Shown here piece by piece: positions 8,617 through 18,553 of a DNA stretch of 64,000 nt. The position numbers and the translations under genes are program-made. Origin of the DNA: a virus (lineage: Duplodnaviria > Heunggongvirae > Uroviricota > Caudoviricetes); the IMG/VR virus record IMGVR_UViG_3300018481_000018, positions 3,759 to 67,758 of that record, one strand, 5' to 3'. The notes below the pieces were generated by a model. It saw only the letters and a program-made list of their open reading frames with translations, did no database searches and was not told where the DNA came from. How positions within the stretch are numbered: the first letter of the stretch is position 1; each line of letters starts with the position of its first letter.

Positions 8617-11600
8617 ATGGCGAATGAGGACTTCTTCCTCAGTTTCGGCTCGAACGCGCGTTCCTTCTCGCAGCAACTGATCCGCGATCTTGCGCCCGCC
8701 AAGAAGGAGGTCGCGGCCCTTCAGGGCATGCTCGACAAGCTCGAGACTGATGCCAACGGCTCCAAGGCTCCGCTGCTCAATGCCCTCCAGAAGACGGCAG
8801 GGGCCGGTGCTGGCGGCGGCCGAGGTCAGTCGGCGTACGGCCTCGACCAGATCCATGAGGCGGTCACCGACTTCCGCAAGGACATGGGCGACCTGTCGCG
8901 GGAGCTCAAGACCATCGTGGCCGGCATCAGGGCCAGTCAGGGCGCTCGAGGACGAGTGGCTCGGGGCGATCAGACCTACTGGGATCCGGGCGTCAAGCAC
9001 TTCGTCAAGACCCAGGACGTGCGAGCCGGTCAGTACCCCGATGCGTTCCGTGGGGGCTCGATGCCGATCGACCCTGCTCTCATGCGGGGAATCGCCGCAC
9101 AGGCGCAGCAGGGCGCGCGTCCTGGTGTTGGTCAGCCGTTGAAGATCTCCGGCATCGAGGGCGTGAAGCTGGACCAGGCTTCGTTCGACCGGGTGGTCAA
9201 GGCGATCCATGAGGTTCGCGACGAGGTGCGCAAGATCGCTGTCAGGCCGGTGGCCGGCGGGGACACTCCTGCGCCCAAGACGACCGTGGCGCAAGCTGCT
9301 GGGTCGACACAGGCCACGGCAACCGCCTCTCTGGAGCAGCGCGAAGCGGCACTGAAGCGCAAGCTGGCTGAGATCAGGGTCAAGGCCGACCGGGTGGCTG
9401 CCCTGATGGCCCAGGCCGGTCATGCGGTCGAAGACAACATGGGCGAGATCGTTGCCGAGCTGACTCAGACCGAGAACGCGGTCAAGTCCGAGCTGGCCAA
9501 GCTCGAGCGCGAGACCACCGGCATGACTCGGGCTCAGCAGTCCACGGCTCGCCAGGAGGAGGCACGCAAGAACCGTCCGCCCGACCTGGATGAGGCTGAG
9601 TACGACCGGCGTGTGCAGATGCGTCAGCGGCTCAACCTGGCGCTCAACGAGGGCGCGTTCATGGGCTCCGTTGGCACCGGCAAGGGGCAACTCCAGCGGG
9701 CCGACCTGGTGGCGATGGCCGACCAGCTGACCAAGATGGGCTTCGCCACGCCCTACACCTCCAAGACGCGCGTGCCGGAACTCGCTCAGAACGTCGTCTC
9801 GGGCCGTCAGGCGATGCTGGCGCAGTACGGCCCCGAGATCCCGACCGAGCTTCAGACGGGTCGCCGAGTCGTTGCCGACAAGGTGAGTGATGCGGTTCGC
9901 AGCATCATCGCTAGCGCCAACATCAGCGCAGTCCAAGCGGCCGAGGAGGAGGCGGCGCGCGAGGGCATTCGGGCTGCGCGGCAGGCGGGCTACCTGCCCA
10001 AGGATCCGACCGGGCGGGCTACGACCAACATCGGCGAGGGGGCCACTTCCCTGGCCGGCCAGCGCATCAGCGGCGGCATCGGCGTTCCTCCGGGCATGGT
10101 CAAGGGTGCCGAGTACGACGATCAGATCTTCAAGTACCTCCAGGGCCTGAAGACGCTCCAGGATCGCTCCCTGGGCCGCGCGGCCAACCTGGCGATGGAC
10201 CCGAACTACGACCCTTACCGGGTCAACGTCGCCCAGGAGATCACCGGTCAAGGTGATGAGGCTCGTGAGGCACGGCAGGCGTTCCGCGCTTTGCGACGGG
10301 CAACGCTGGAGCTCGACGATCTGGCTGATGAGTTCCAGACCGCTGCGCAGGCCATCGACAAGAACGAAGACTTCATCGAGCGCGCCACCAACCGGCTGCG
10401 CCGGGCTGCGGCCGGCGAGGCGCTGACCCCTGACCAGCGCGCCAGGGTTCAGACCGATCCCGAGAACATCAAGGCCGCTCGCGCCAACATCGAACGACTT
10501 CAGACCCTCATGTCCAGCGACAAGTTCAAGGGACTCCAGGAAGTCTTCGAGGACCCGACCTTCCAGGAGGGCCACGGGAACCGGCAGATCTCGCGTGCTC
10601 AGTACATGCGTCAGATCGAGGACATCTCCAAGCAGGACCGGGAGATCTTCACTGCCGATGCCGCACGGCTGGCAGCGACCCGGTATCGGTTGGCTGGTGG
10701 CACCAAGGACACCTACATCTCCGATCTTCCCGGACTGAAGCCGTCTCGACGCGGCTTCGACTACACGAGCCCGGAGGGTCGCGACACCCAGATCCTCAAG
10801 GAGCTGAACCAGTTCTTCCGGTCCACTCAGTCGGGCCTGAGGCGCGAGGGCGAGATGCTGAAGGACGCCGAGAAGACCGGCGACTTCACCGATGTGATCG
10901 GGCAGATCCGCAAGACCGAGAACGCGGCGACCGGCTACCTGAACCGGCTGGAGAAGATCGTCGGCTTCGCGCCGCCCATCGAGCAGGTGCTCGGCCGGCC
11001 GGTTACTCAGGAGAAGAACCGCGAGTCCGAGATCCGGCGCAACCTTCAGTACGAGCGGGTGATGGAGGAGCGCGATCGCAAGCTCAAGCCGCAGACTCCC
11101 GAACAACTCCTCGAGGGCGCGAAGCGCGCAGAGCACGATGCGAGCGTCAAGGAGGCGGCCACCAAGAAGAAGCTGACAGCCGTCGAAAACGAGCTGGCAG
11201 CGGTGGAGAAGGCCGAGGCCAAGTCTCGCCAGAAGCTGATCTCTGGGCTCGATGCTGATGCTCGTGCCGCCTTTGAGTCGGTCGAGGCTAAGCACAAGGA
11301 GGCGACCAGCAGGCTCCGGGCGGCCGACAAGGAGCTCCGTCGGGAGCCCACCATGAAGGCCGACGACATCAAGTACGGTGCGCGTCGGGACCCGGCAACC
11401 GGTGCGTACGTCGACCCCTTCAAGCGGTCCGAGCTGGGCTACGACATCAAGGACGCCAGCGGCACGCCGTTGGGCTATGGCCGATCTGAGGCGGCTGGGC
11501 GTACGGAGAAGCTCCTCGACCAGGTGAACACTGCTGAGCGCGACCTGGCGCAGGCTGAGGCCGACCTGGCTGCGGCCACCGGGATCGAGACAACCGAGAC

Positions 11601-14600
11601 CGAGCGTCTGTCGCGGGAGAAGCGCAAGCTGACCCGTGAGCTCGAGGCCCAGACCAAGGCTGCTGCCGCCGCCAGGACCCGGCGTACGGAGTATGAGAAC
11701 GAACTGCGTGGAGTCTCCTCGAAGGTGCCCGACGTGGGCACGCAGGAACAGCGCACGGCAGCCAAGGAGGCCAGCAGCGAGCTCCGGGAGCTGGCCGAGG
11801 TCCTGGAGCGCGCCACGGCCGCGCAACGGCGTCTCACAGCGATTCGTGACGAGCTCAAGAAGCCCGGTGCGGACACGGCGGCCCTGCGTGCCGAGCGGGA
11901 TGCGATCAAGGGAGCCGAGGGCTACCTGTCGCAGAACGAGATCAAGGCGATGCGCAAGCAGTACCACCAGCAGCTGGCTGCCGGGGTGGCTGCCGGTGGC
12001 GCGGGTGCTGGCGACGGCGGGAAGCCGCCGACCGCGAGGGCCGCCGCAGGCGATGGCGACGACAACAACATCCTGCGCCAGATCCTGACGGTGCTGAACA
12101 ACATCCACCGCACGCTTCAGACGGGTGTTCGAATCACCGGGGCGGGTGCGACCCGCACTCAGAAGGTCGACCCGGCGACTGGCCAGCCGGTCCGGCGGCA
12201 GACCTCAACCTCGAGCCTCTACACAGGCACGGCAGGTGGAGCCGCAGCCGGTGGCGACGAGCGCGCGCTGGCCGTTGCCGCTGCCGCTCAGGAGCGTGTC
12301 GCACAGCGACTGAAGAAGGCGACCCGGGAGCAGGGCGTTGATCTCGAGTACACCGCCGAGATGCAGCGGCTCTACACCGCTGGGCTGACTGAGCACACGT
12401 CTCGGGAGAGGGCGCTGGCCGAGGAGAAGCGCAAGAGCGCCGCCCTGACGCGCACCCAGGCTCGCCAGGCGCTCGATCTCTCCAATGCCAAGGCCCTCCT
12501 GGATGACAGCGCCCGTAAGGAGCTTGCCGATCTGCGCAAGCTGGCGGCGGCTGGGGCCTCGAACGAGAAGATCGTGGAGCAGCAGGCTCGGGCGTACGCC
12601 GCCCTGGACCGAGCGATGGCCCAGGCCGGCGCGAGCGCGAACGACCGGAAGTTCTACGCTCAGCAGTTGCTCTCCGAAGCGAACGTCCGTCCAGATCCTC
12701 GGGACCCGAGCAAGACCGTCCAGGGCCCGCGTGTTACCCGGACCGAGGTCGACGAGGTTGCCCGTTCCGCGCGTTCGATCAACTTCGACGGCCTGACCAA
12801 GGCCGCCGATGAGGCGGGCCTGACGGCCCGGGATGCCATCGCCAAGCGGATGTTCGGCGAGACCGGTTTCTGGGGCCGGATCATGGGCTCCACGGGCGCG
12901 TTCATCGTCAGGAACTTCGCAGCTGGCGCGGTCTTCGGTATGACTAACGCGCTCCAGGAGGTCATCTACCAGGGCATCATCACCGAGTCGACCTGGATCC
13001 GGGTCAGTGATGCTCTCGAGCAGACCGGACGTTCGGCGGGCGACCTGCGCTCAAGCCTTCAGGACATCTCCGCTGACTATGGTGTCGCGCTCAACGACGT
13101 GTACATGACCGCCGCCGGCCTGGCCGGCGTGTTCGAGGACGTGGGGGACATTTCCTCCGCCACACGGATCGTGGCTCAGCTTCAGGCCATCTCGATGGGG
13201 GCCCTGACCGCTCAGGAGTCGATGGGCGTCCTGGCCTCGATCACCGCCGCGTATCGGGACGACCTGCGCGAGGGTGAGGACGGCCTCCGGCAGGTCGCTG
13301 ACATTCTGACGGTCGTCCAGAACGTGATCGGCACCAATGTCGAAGTTACCTCTGAGGGCGTCGGCGCGTTGTCGGGTCTGGCTGAGCAGTTGAAGATCCC
13401 GCTTGCCGAGATGTCCGTCTACGTCGCGCAGATCGCCAAGCTCACGAACCAGACCGGTGCGGCGGCCGGCGAGCAGTTCTCCCGAATCCTCGCCGCCTTC
13501 CAGGGCGGCCGGGGCCGGGCGGCACTGGCCGAGGCTCTGCCCGATAGTGGCATCGAGCAGTTGCTGGGGGAAGGCGAGTACGGCCAGGCGCTCCAGGTGC
13601 TTATGCGTGAGTGGGACGGCCTGAGCGATTCTCAGCAGCGCAACCTGGCCGTAGCCGTAGCGGGCCAGCGGCAGGCGCGAGCCTTCGCGGCCCTGATGAG
13701 CGACACCGGCAAGACGCTCGAAGCCACCGCGCGAGCTCACGATGCCAACGGCGAAGCCCAGAAGCGCGCTGATGCGATCGCGGCGACCCTGAACGGGCGC
13801 ATCCAGCGACTCTCGGCGAACTTCCAGAACCTGGCGCAGAACCTGATGCGTTCGGGCCTGCTGAACGTCTTCGGGATCCTGCTGGGTGGCGTGAACCTCC
13901 TCCTCAGCGGCCTCAACAAGTTCATCTCCGCGATGAACGACATCACCGACAACAACCCATTCCTGAACATGCTGAAGAACTGGGCGTTCGGTCTCGTCGG
14001 GCTGATCGCCGCACTCAAGTTGGCCCAGGTCGCCTTCACGGGCTTCCGCAATGCCTACAAGACTGCCGCTGCCGGCGAAGGCGTGATGGGCGCGTTCATC
14101 GCTGGCGGCAGGGGCGTCGACAACGACAGGGTGCGACTGCGTGACACTCTCCCCACGGCTGGGGCGTACCTGACTGGACAGTCGAATCCGGACACTCGTC
14201 GATATGGCTCCAGCCAGCGAGTTGAGGACGCACGAGCTCGGCTGGCCAACGCGGATGTGAACAAGGAGGGGCGCGCTCGTACGGCGCTGCTGCGGGCCGA
14301 GGTCACTGCGGCTCGTGCCGCCAATGCCAGCGCTCGGGGCCTGAGCGCGGGGCTCGGAGCAATGGCCACAGCTGGTGTGGCTGCGCAGCTCGCCATGGTG
14401 GGCGCTGCGATCGCTCTCACCATGTACCTGGCCGAGAGCGCCAAGCGCAGGCAGGAAGAGGAGGACGCTCGCAAGTCCGCCGAGCGGTACACCGCTGAAG
14501 GTGGCTTGAAGTCCCCGACGATGTTGGCTGAGGAGTACATCGGCCCCGACAGCGAGATCCTCCGACAGCGGTTGGAGCGGCGCTCCTCGGCCTCTGCCTT

Positions 14601-16980
14601 GGCTAGCAGCCGGACTGGCCTCAGCGCGGTCACGGCCGGCATCCCAGGGATGCGGGGCGTTTCCAACCTGCTGGGTGGAGACTTCTTCGGGTTCGGCGAC
14701 GATGATCCCGCCGCGAAGTGGCAGGAGTACTACGGCCTTGCCGATGAGCAGGTCGCCAAGGACATGGCGGCTCTGGAGGAGGCGCTCGACAAGAGCATCG
14801 CTCAGGTTGATGGTGGCCGCTCCGAGCTTCAGACTCGATCGGAGGGCGGATTCTTCGACTTCGGCGCGCTTGCTGCTGAGCTAGCCCTGGTCGCGCACGA
14901 CGCTCTGGACCCGGCCAAGATCACGATCGGGGAAGCCGAGGCTCTGGCTGCCGAGGTCAACGACGAGGTCGCGGCGGCCCGGGCTGAGATCCTGGCTGAT
15001 GACAGCAAGAGCGCTGAGGAGGTCAACGACGCTCTGGCTCAGCTGGAGGAGATCCAGCACGTAGCCAACGAGAAGGTGACCCAGGTCCTGCTGCTGGCGC
15101 GGGGTATGCAGGAGATCGACATCCTCTCCTCCGACCAGATCAAGCAGCTCGATGAGATCCGTCCATTGCTCCAGCAGATCCAAGCCGAGGGCATCAACAT
15201 CAACGACGACCTGTTCGGCGCGGGGCTCCAGGGAGCGATCGAGCAGACCGGGGTCCCGGACGCCTCCAAGGTGGGCGGCATCCTGCGCGTCCTGGGAGAG
15301 GGCGGGCTGTCGCGAATCGACGCGATGAAGCAGGACCGCAAGATCCTCGAGGAGCAGTACAAGTCGGCTCAGGCCCGGTACCTGGCGGCCGTGAGCGGCG
15401 AGACGGCGTACGACGAGGAGCAGATCTCCGAGTTCGAGTCGGTCATGCTCGCCAAGCTGGGCGAGCTCATCTCGTCGACCGAGGCCATGATCATGGCGGT
15501 GGTGCAGGAGTCCACCACTCTGGCGGAGTTCGCCGCCACGCAGGGCCGGTACGGTCGGGCTGCGGCTGCTATCGACGCGGGACTGGCTGAGATCGCCGGC
15601 CTGCGCGATCGGGCCTCGGAGTCCCCCGAGCTACGCGCCCAGCGCGACCTGCTCGAGTCGCAGCAGTCCCAGAAGGGTGCCGAGTACCGCGCTCAGGAAA
15701 AGAACACGCGTCTGCAAATGGCGCAGGCCCAGAGTGGCTCGTCACAGCGCGATGCCGCTCTCGAGGCTCGGATCACGCAGAACAGCTACATGGCGCTGGT
15801 CAATGCCCGGAAGGCTGCGCAGGCGGTGGGTGCGCAAGGTCCACCGATGGCTGCGATCCGGGCGGCGAAGATCGCGTGGATCAACGCCGAGCTCTCCCTG
15901 ACCCAGCAGGCGCAGGCGGCCAACATCGCTGCCATGACGGCGGCGGCGGCCAGCCTGTGGAACGGGATCGCGGTCGGCCAGGCACAGGAGGCCATTGCAC
16001 TCCAGCAGTACAACGACGCGGTGACCAACGCCGGTGCCGGCTCGGCCGAGGCGCTCAATGCTCTGGCCGGGTACACCAGCGCCCAGCACTCCACCCAGCA
16101 GACGATGGACCAGGTGGCTCAGGCAACTCGTGATGCGGTCCTGGCCTCCATCCCGCAGGGCAACGCGGTCCGGATTGCTCAGGTCACGCTCTCGCACGCT
16201 CGGGCAGCCCTGGCGGCGGCGGCGAAGTACGGTCATCACTCGGTGGAGTACCAGTCGGCCCTCGCTCAGGTCTACTCGGCCCAGCAGGCGCTCGTGCAGG
16301 CTGAGGCTGACGCGGCCCTGGCTCGGATCGGCGTCACCATCGCACTCGCAGAGGCGGCCGGCAACACCGTCAAGGCGGCCTTCCTTCAGCTCAAGCAGGC
16401 TCGGGCTGCCCTTCGGTTCGCCCTGAGGCGTTCAGGTGGGGCTAACAGTGCCGAGGTGGCAGGCGCTCGTGCCGAAGCGATCTCGGCGCAGGCCGCGCTG
16501 CGTGACGCCAAGCTCCAGGACGACCTGGACACGATCGACTTCAACTTGGAGATGGGCCGGATTACGCAGGCGTCGGCCATCGCTGCCCTGCGTGAGATCC
16601 TGCGCACCCGGGACCTGACCAAGCAGCAGCGCCGCGACCTGTTGCTCCAGATCAAGGGCATGCAGGAGGAGATGTCCGAGGGTATCTGGAACTTTGGCGA
16701 CATCGACCTTCCCAAGCCGTACCTGATGAAGCGCTACATCGAGCAGCGCAAGAGGGCGAATCAGGCGCAGGTGGACGCGCGAGTGGGCGCGCTGACCACG
16801 GAGGCTGCCGCGTCCAGTCCGTTCAACGCCGCATCCGGCGCAGGTGCCTACAACGACAATCGGAACATCGAGATCGTGATCACTGGCGGCAACGAGCGCC
16901 GGATCAGGGAGATCTTCCGGGAGATGGTCGGCAAGCCGGCCCGAACGCGTACGGCTGCTAGCCGGCGAGGGCGGAGGTGA
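8617..16980 (+). CDS. Tape measure protein, 2787 aa
   Basis: Very long Ala/Glu/Arg-rich helical ORF after the chaperones; TP901-type core-like segment at about 12900-13850; hydrophobic segments at about 13860-14030 and 14370-14430. Confidence 0.9.
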   Translation: MANEDFFLSFGSNARSFSQQLIRDLAPAKKEVAALQGMLDKLETDANGSKAPLLNALQKTAGAGAGGGRGQSAYGLDQIHEAVTDFRKDMGDLSRELKTIVAGIRASQGARGRVARGDQTYWDPGVKHFVKTQDVRAGQYPDAFRGGSMPIDPALMRGIAAQAQQGARPGVGQPLKISGIEGVKLDQASFDRVVKAIHEVRDEVRKIAVRPVAGGDTPAPKTTVAQAAGSTQATATASLEQREAALKRKLAEIRVKADRVAALMAQAGHAVEDNMGEIVAELTQTENAVKSELAKLERETTGMTRAQQSTARQEEARKNRPPDLDEAEYDRRVQMRQRLNLALNEGAFMGSVGTGKGQLQRADLVAMADQLTKMGFATPYTSKTRVPELAQNVVSGRQAMLAQYGPEIPTELQTGRRVVADKVSDAVRSIIASANISAVQAAEEEAAREGIRAARQAGYLPKDPTGRATTNIGEGATSLAGQRISGGIGVPPGMVKGAEYDDQIFKYLQGLKTLQDRSLGRAANLAMDPNYDPYRVNVAQEITGQGDEAREARQAFRALRRATLELDDLADEFQTAAQAIDKNEDFIERATNRLRRAAAGEALTPDQRARVQTDPENIKAARANIERLQTLMSSDKFKGLQEVFEDPTFQEGHGNRQISRAQYMRQIEDISKQDREIFTADAARLAATRYRLAGGTKDTYISDLPGLKPSRRGFDYTSPEGRDTQILKELNQFFRSTQSGLRREGEMLKDAEKTGDFTDVIGQIRKTENAATGYLNRLEKIVGFAPPIEQVLGRPVTQEKNRESEIRRNLQYERVMEERDRKLKPQTPEQLLEGAKRAEHDASVKEAATKKKLTAVENELAAVEKAEAKSRQKLISGLDADARAAFESVEAKHKEATSRLRAADKELRREPTMKADDIKYGARRDPATGAYVDPFKRSELGYDIKDASGTPLGYGRSEAAGRTEKLLDQVNTAERDLAQAEADLAAATGIETTETERLSREKRKLTRELEAQTKAAAAARTRRTEYENELRGVSSKVPDVGTQEQRTAAKEASSELRELAEVLERATAAQRRLTAIRDELKKPGADTAALRAERDAIKGAEGYLSQNEIKAMRKQYHQQLAAGVAAGGAGAGDGGKPPTARAAAGDGDDNNILRQILTVLNNIHRTLQTGVRITGAGATRTQKVDPATGQPVRRQTSTSSLYTGTAGGAAAGGDERALAVAAAAQERVAQRLKKATREQGVDLEYTAEMQRLYTAGLTEHTSRERALAEEKRKSAALTRTQARQALDLSNAKALLDDSARKELADLRKLAAAGASNEKIVEQQARAYAALDRAMAQAGASANDRKFYAQQLLSEANVRPDPRDPSKTVQGPRVTRTEVDEVARSARSINFDGLTKAADEAGLTARDAIAKRMFGETGFWGRIMGSTGAFIVRNFAAGAVFGMTNALQEVIYQGIITESTWIRVSDALEQTGRSAGDLRSSLQDISADYGVALNDVYMTAAGLAGVFEDVGDISSATRIVAQLQAISMGALTAQESMGVLASITAAYRDDLREGEDGLRQVADILTVVQNVIGTNVEVTSEGVGALSGLAEQLKIPLAEMSVYVAQIAKLTNQTGAAAGEQFSRILAAFQGGRGRAALAEALPDSGIEQLLGEGEYGQALQVLMREWDGLSDSQQRNLAVAVAGQRQARAFAALMSDTGKTLEATARAHDANGEAQKRADAIAATLNGRIQRLSANFQNLAQNLMRSGLLNVFGILLGGVNLLLSGLNKFISAMNDITDNNPFLNMLKNWAFGLVGLIAALKLAQVAFTGFRNAYKTAAAGEGVMGAFIAGGRGVDNDRVRLRDTLPTAGAYLTGQSNPDTRRYGSSQRVEDARARLANADVNKEGRARTALLRAEVTAARAANASARGLSAGLGAMATAGVAAQLAMVGAAIALTMYLAESAKRRQEEEDARKSAERYTAEGGLKSPTMLAEEYIGPDSEILRQRLERRSSASALASSRTGLSAVTAGIPGMRGVSNLLGGDFFGFGDDDPAAKWQEYYGLADEQVAKDMAALEEALDKSIAQVDGGRSELQTRSEGGFFDFGALAAELALVAHDALDPAKITIGEAEALAAEVNDEVAAARAEILADDSKSAEEVNDALAQLEEIQHVANEKVTQVLLLARGMQEIDILSSDQIKQLDEIRPLLQQIQAEGININDDLFGAGLQGAIEQTGVPDASKVGGILRVLGEGGLSRIDAMKQDRKILEEQYKSAQARYLAAVSGETAYDEEQISEFESVMLAKLGELISSTEAMIMAVVQESTTLAEFAATQGRYGRAAAAIDAGLAEIAGLRDRASESPELRAQRDLLESQQSQKGAEYRAQEKNTRLQMAQAQSGSSQRDAALEARITQNSYMALVNARKAAQAVGAQGPPMAAIRAAKIAWINAELSLTQQAQAANIAAMTAAAASLWNGIAVGQAQEAIALQQYNDAVTNAGAGSAEALNALAGYTSAQHSTQQTMDQVAQATRDAVLASIPQGNAVRIAQVTLSHARAALAAAAKYGHHSVEYQSALAQVYSAQQALVQAEADAALARIGVTIALAEAAGNTVKAAFLQLKQARAALRFALRRSGGANSAEVAGARAEAISAQAALRDAKLQDDLDTIDFNLEMGRITQASAIAALREILRTRDLTKQQRRDLLLQIKGMQEEMSEGIWNFGDIDLPKPYLMKRYIEQRKRANQAQVDARVGALTTEAAASSPFNAASGAGAYNDNRNIEIVITGGNERRIREIFREMVGKPARTRTAASRRGRR

Positions 16981-16983
16981 CAC

Positions 16984-17325
16984 ATGGCATCGGACTACTT
17001 CCTGGAGAAGCGTGCGGAGGTCATTGAAGAGGCTGACGAGGTATCGCTGCACACCGGTGACCCAGGGCCCGATGGCCTAGAGAACGAGGTCACTGGGGGC
17101 ACGCCGGCGTACGCGCGGGTGGCGATCACTGGATGGGCCTCGGGGGGGGTGGGGGTTCGTGATGCCACCCTCGCTGGAGCCTTCGACGTCCCAGCCGATA
17201 CCGATGTTGTCTTCGCTGGGCTGTGGAATGGGGCGCAGTTTCTCGACGACGTGCCGGCGCTGGTGAACGTGATCAACCAGGACACGGTGACGATCACCGT
17301 GCTGCGCTACACGGTGGTGGACTGA
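16984..17325 (+). CDS. Small tail/fibre adaptor-type protein (VSLHTGDPG family)
   Basis: VSLHTGDPGPDG..EVTGG..AYARVAITGW motif common in small phage tail proteins; SD GGAGG. Confidence 0.55.
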   Translation: MASDYFLEKRAEVIEEADEVSLHTGDPGPDGLENEVTGGTPAYARVAITGWASGGVGVRDATLAGAFDVPADTDVVFAGLWNGAQFLDDVPALVNVINQDTVTITVLRYTVVD

Positions 17326-18167
17326 TGGCGCTCACGATTCCTCTCGTGAACCTGGAGGATGTGGTCTCCTACGGCCTGGAGGCCGAGGACTCCATGGTCA
17401 CCGACCTGATCCTTCAGCTGCACACCCCACAGATCGAGTCCGCTCCAGGTGCCCTGTCGGTGTCGGTCGTCGACGGGGGCAACACCGTGGACTTCCACTT
17501 CGAGATCGACGGCGAGGAGGTGTTCGTGATCGAGCCGGATTCAGACGGGGGTCTGGATCTGGTTACGGTGCCGGTGCCGGATCTCGTTGTTGCCGATGTT
17601 CACATCATGCAGCCAGGCACTCACACCGTCACGGCTATCCAGGGCTCTTCGGTGGGCAGCGCCGACTTCGAGATCATCAACCCACCCCCACTGCCGCAGG
17701 TCCCCCCAGGTGCGGACCTTCCGCCAGTCGCGGTGCCGGGGGCGATCCAGCCCACCGGATACGCGCGCTGGGTGTTCCAGGACCTGGCGGTGGACGGCCT
17801 GGGGTCGTGGATCATGCCGATGAATCCCTCGGAGTCGGATCCGCCGTACGCCGCGCGCAATCTGAGTGCTGGCCCGAGTTCGGCCGGCAACGTGTTCCAC
17901 GTCTGGGAGGGCGAATATCAGCCCGAGGAGTGGTCGTTCGGCGGCGTGTGCCCGACTGAGACGATGCGCGAGAAGCTCGAGGAGTACTACGCGCTCAATC
18001 GGCGGTTCTACATTCATGACCATCGTTCGCGGGCCTGGACCGTCACCTTCCAGAGCTTGGAGCTCGTGCCACGTCTGTCGACCAACTGGGAGCGCGAGCA
18101 GACCGAGCAGTTCCACGACTACGAGGCGACCGTGCTGGTCACTCATCCGGAGTGGGTGCAGCTGTGA
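17325..18167 (+). CDS. Minor tail protein: Ig-like N-terminal part plus distal-tail-like C-terminal domain
   Basis: TGATG coupling at 17323-17327; C-terminal half is similar to the next gene. Confidence 0.6.
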   Translation: MALTIPLVNLEDVVSYGLEAEDSMVTDLILQLHTPQIESAPGALSVSVVDGGNTVDFHFEIDGEEVFVIEPDSDGGLDLVTVPVPDLVVADVHIMQPGTHTVTAIQGSSVGSADFEIINPPPLPQVPPGADLPPVAVPGAIQPTGYARWVFQDLAVDGLGSWIMPMNPSESDPPYAARNLSAGPSSAGNVFHVWEGEYQPEEWSFGGVCPTETMREKLEEYYALNRRFYIHDHRSRAWTVTFQSLELVPRLSTNWEREQTEQFHDYEATVLVTHPEWVQL

Positions 18168-18553
18168 GTGTGGTGCGGTGGCAGCTTGAGGAGATGGCGA
18201 CAAGTACCGTTCACACGGTCGAGGTCAATCCCAATCAGATGTCTGGGTACCTGCCAGACAAGAGCTTCACCTTCTCCTCCAGGGTCGACGCGGCGGGACG
18301 TGTTGCTGGTGTTCGCGGGAAGACGAGGCCGGCCGGCTTCACCTTTGAGGGCGTGATCTTCACCGAGACACACCACGATGCCTTGCTCGAATGGGCGGGC
18401 AAGGCGGGCAAGATTCGGATCACCGACCATCTTGGACGGGTGTTTGAAGTCATGACGCAGGGGGTCAAGTTGGTCGAGCGCAAGCCGACTCCACTCAGGG
18501 CATGGCGCTTCACCTACGTTTTCGACTGCATGCTGCTGAGGAGGATCTCGTGA
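18164..18553 (+). CDS. Distal tail (Dit-like) protein
   Basis: GTGA overlap; WQL..EVNPN..FTFEGV..TDHLGR pattern; position after TMP. Confidence 0.5.
   Translation: MSVVRWQLEEMATSTVHTVEVNPNQMSGYLPDKSFTFSSRVDAAGRVAGVRGKTRPAGFTFEGVIFTETHHDALLEWAGKAGKIRITDHLGRVFEVMTQGVKLVERKPTPLRAWRFTYVFDCMLLRRIS

Noticed and set aside
8602-12108. 1168-aa minus-strand ORF and the other long antisense ORFs (429-1430, 5974-7254, 18514-20031, 32431-33711, 41707-43449, 55618-56766, 60504-61388)
   Set aside because: Shadow frames of GC3-biased real genes; no SD, no motifs
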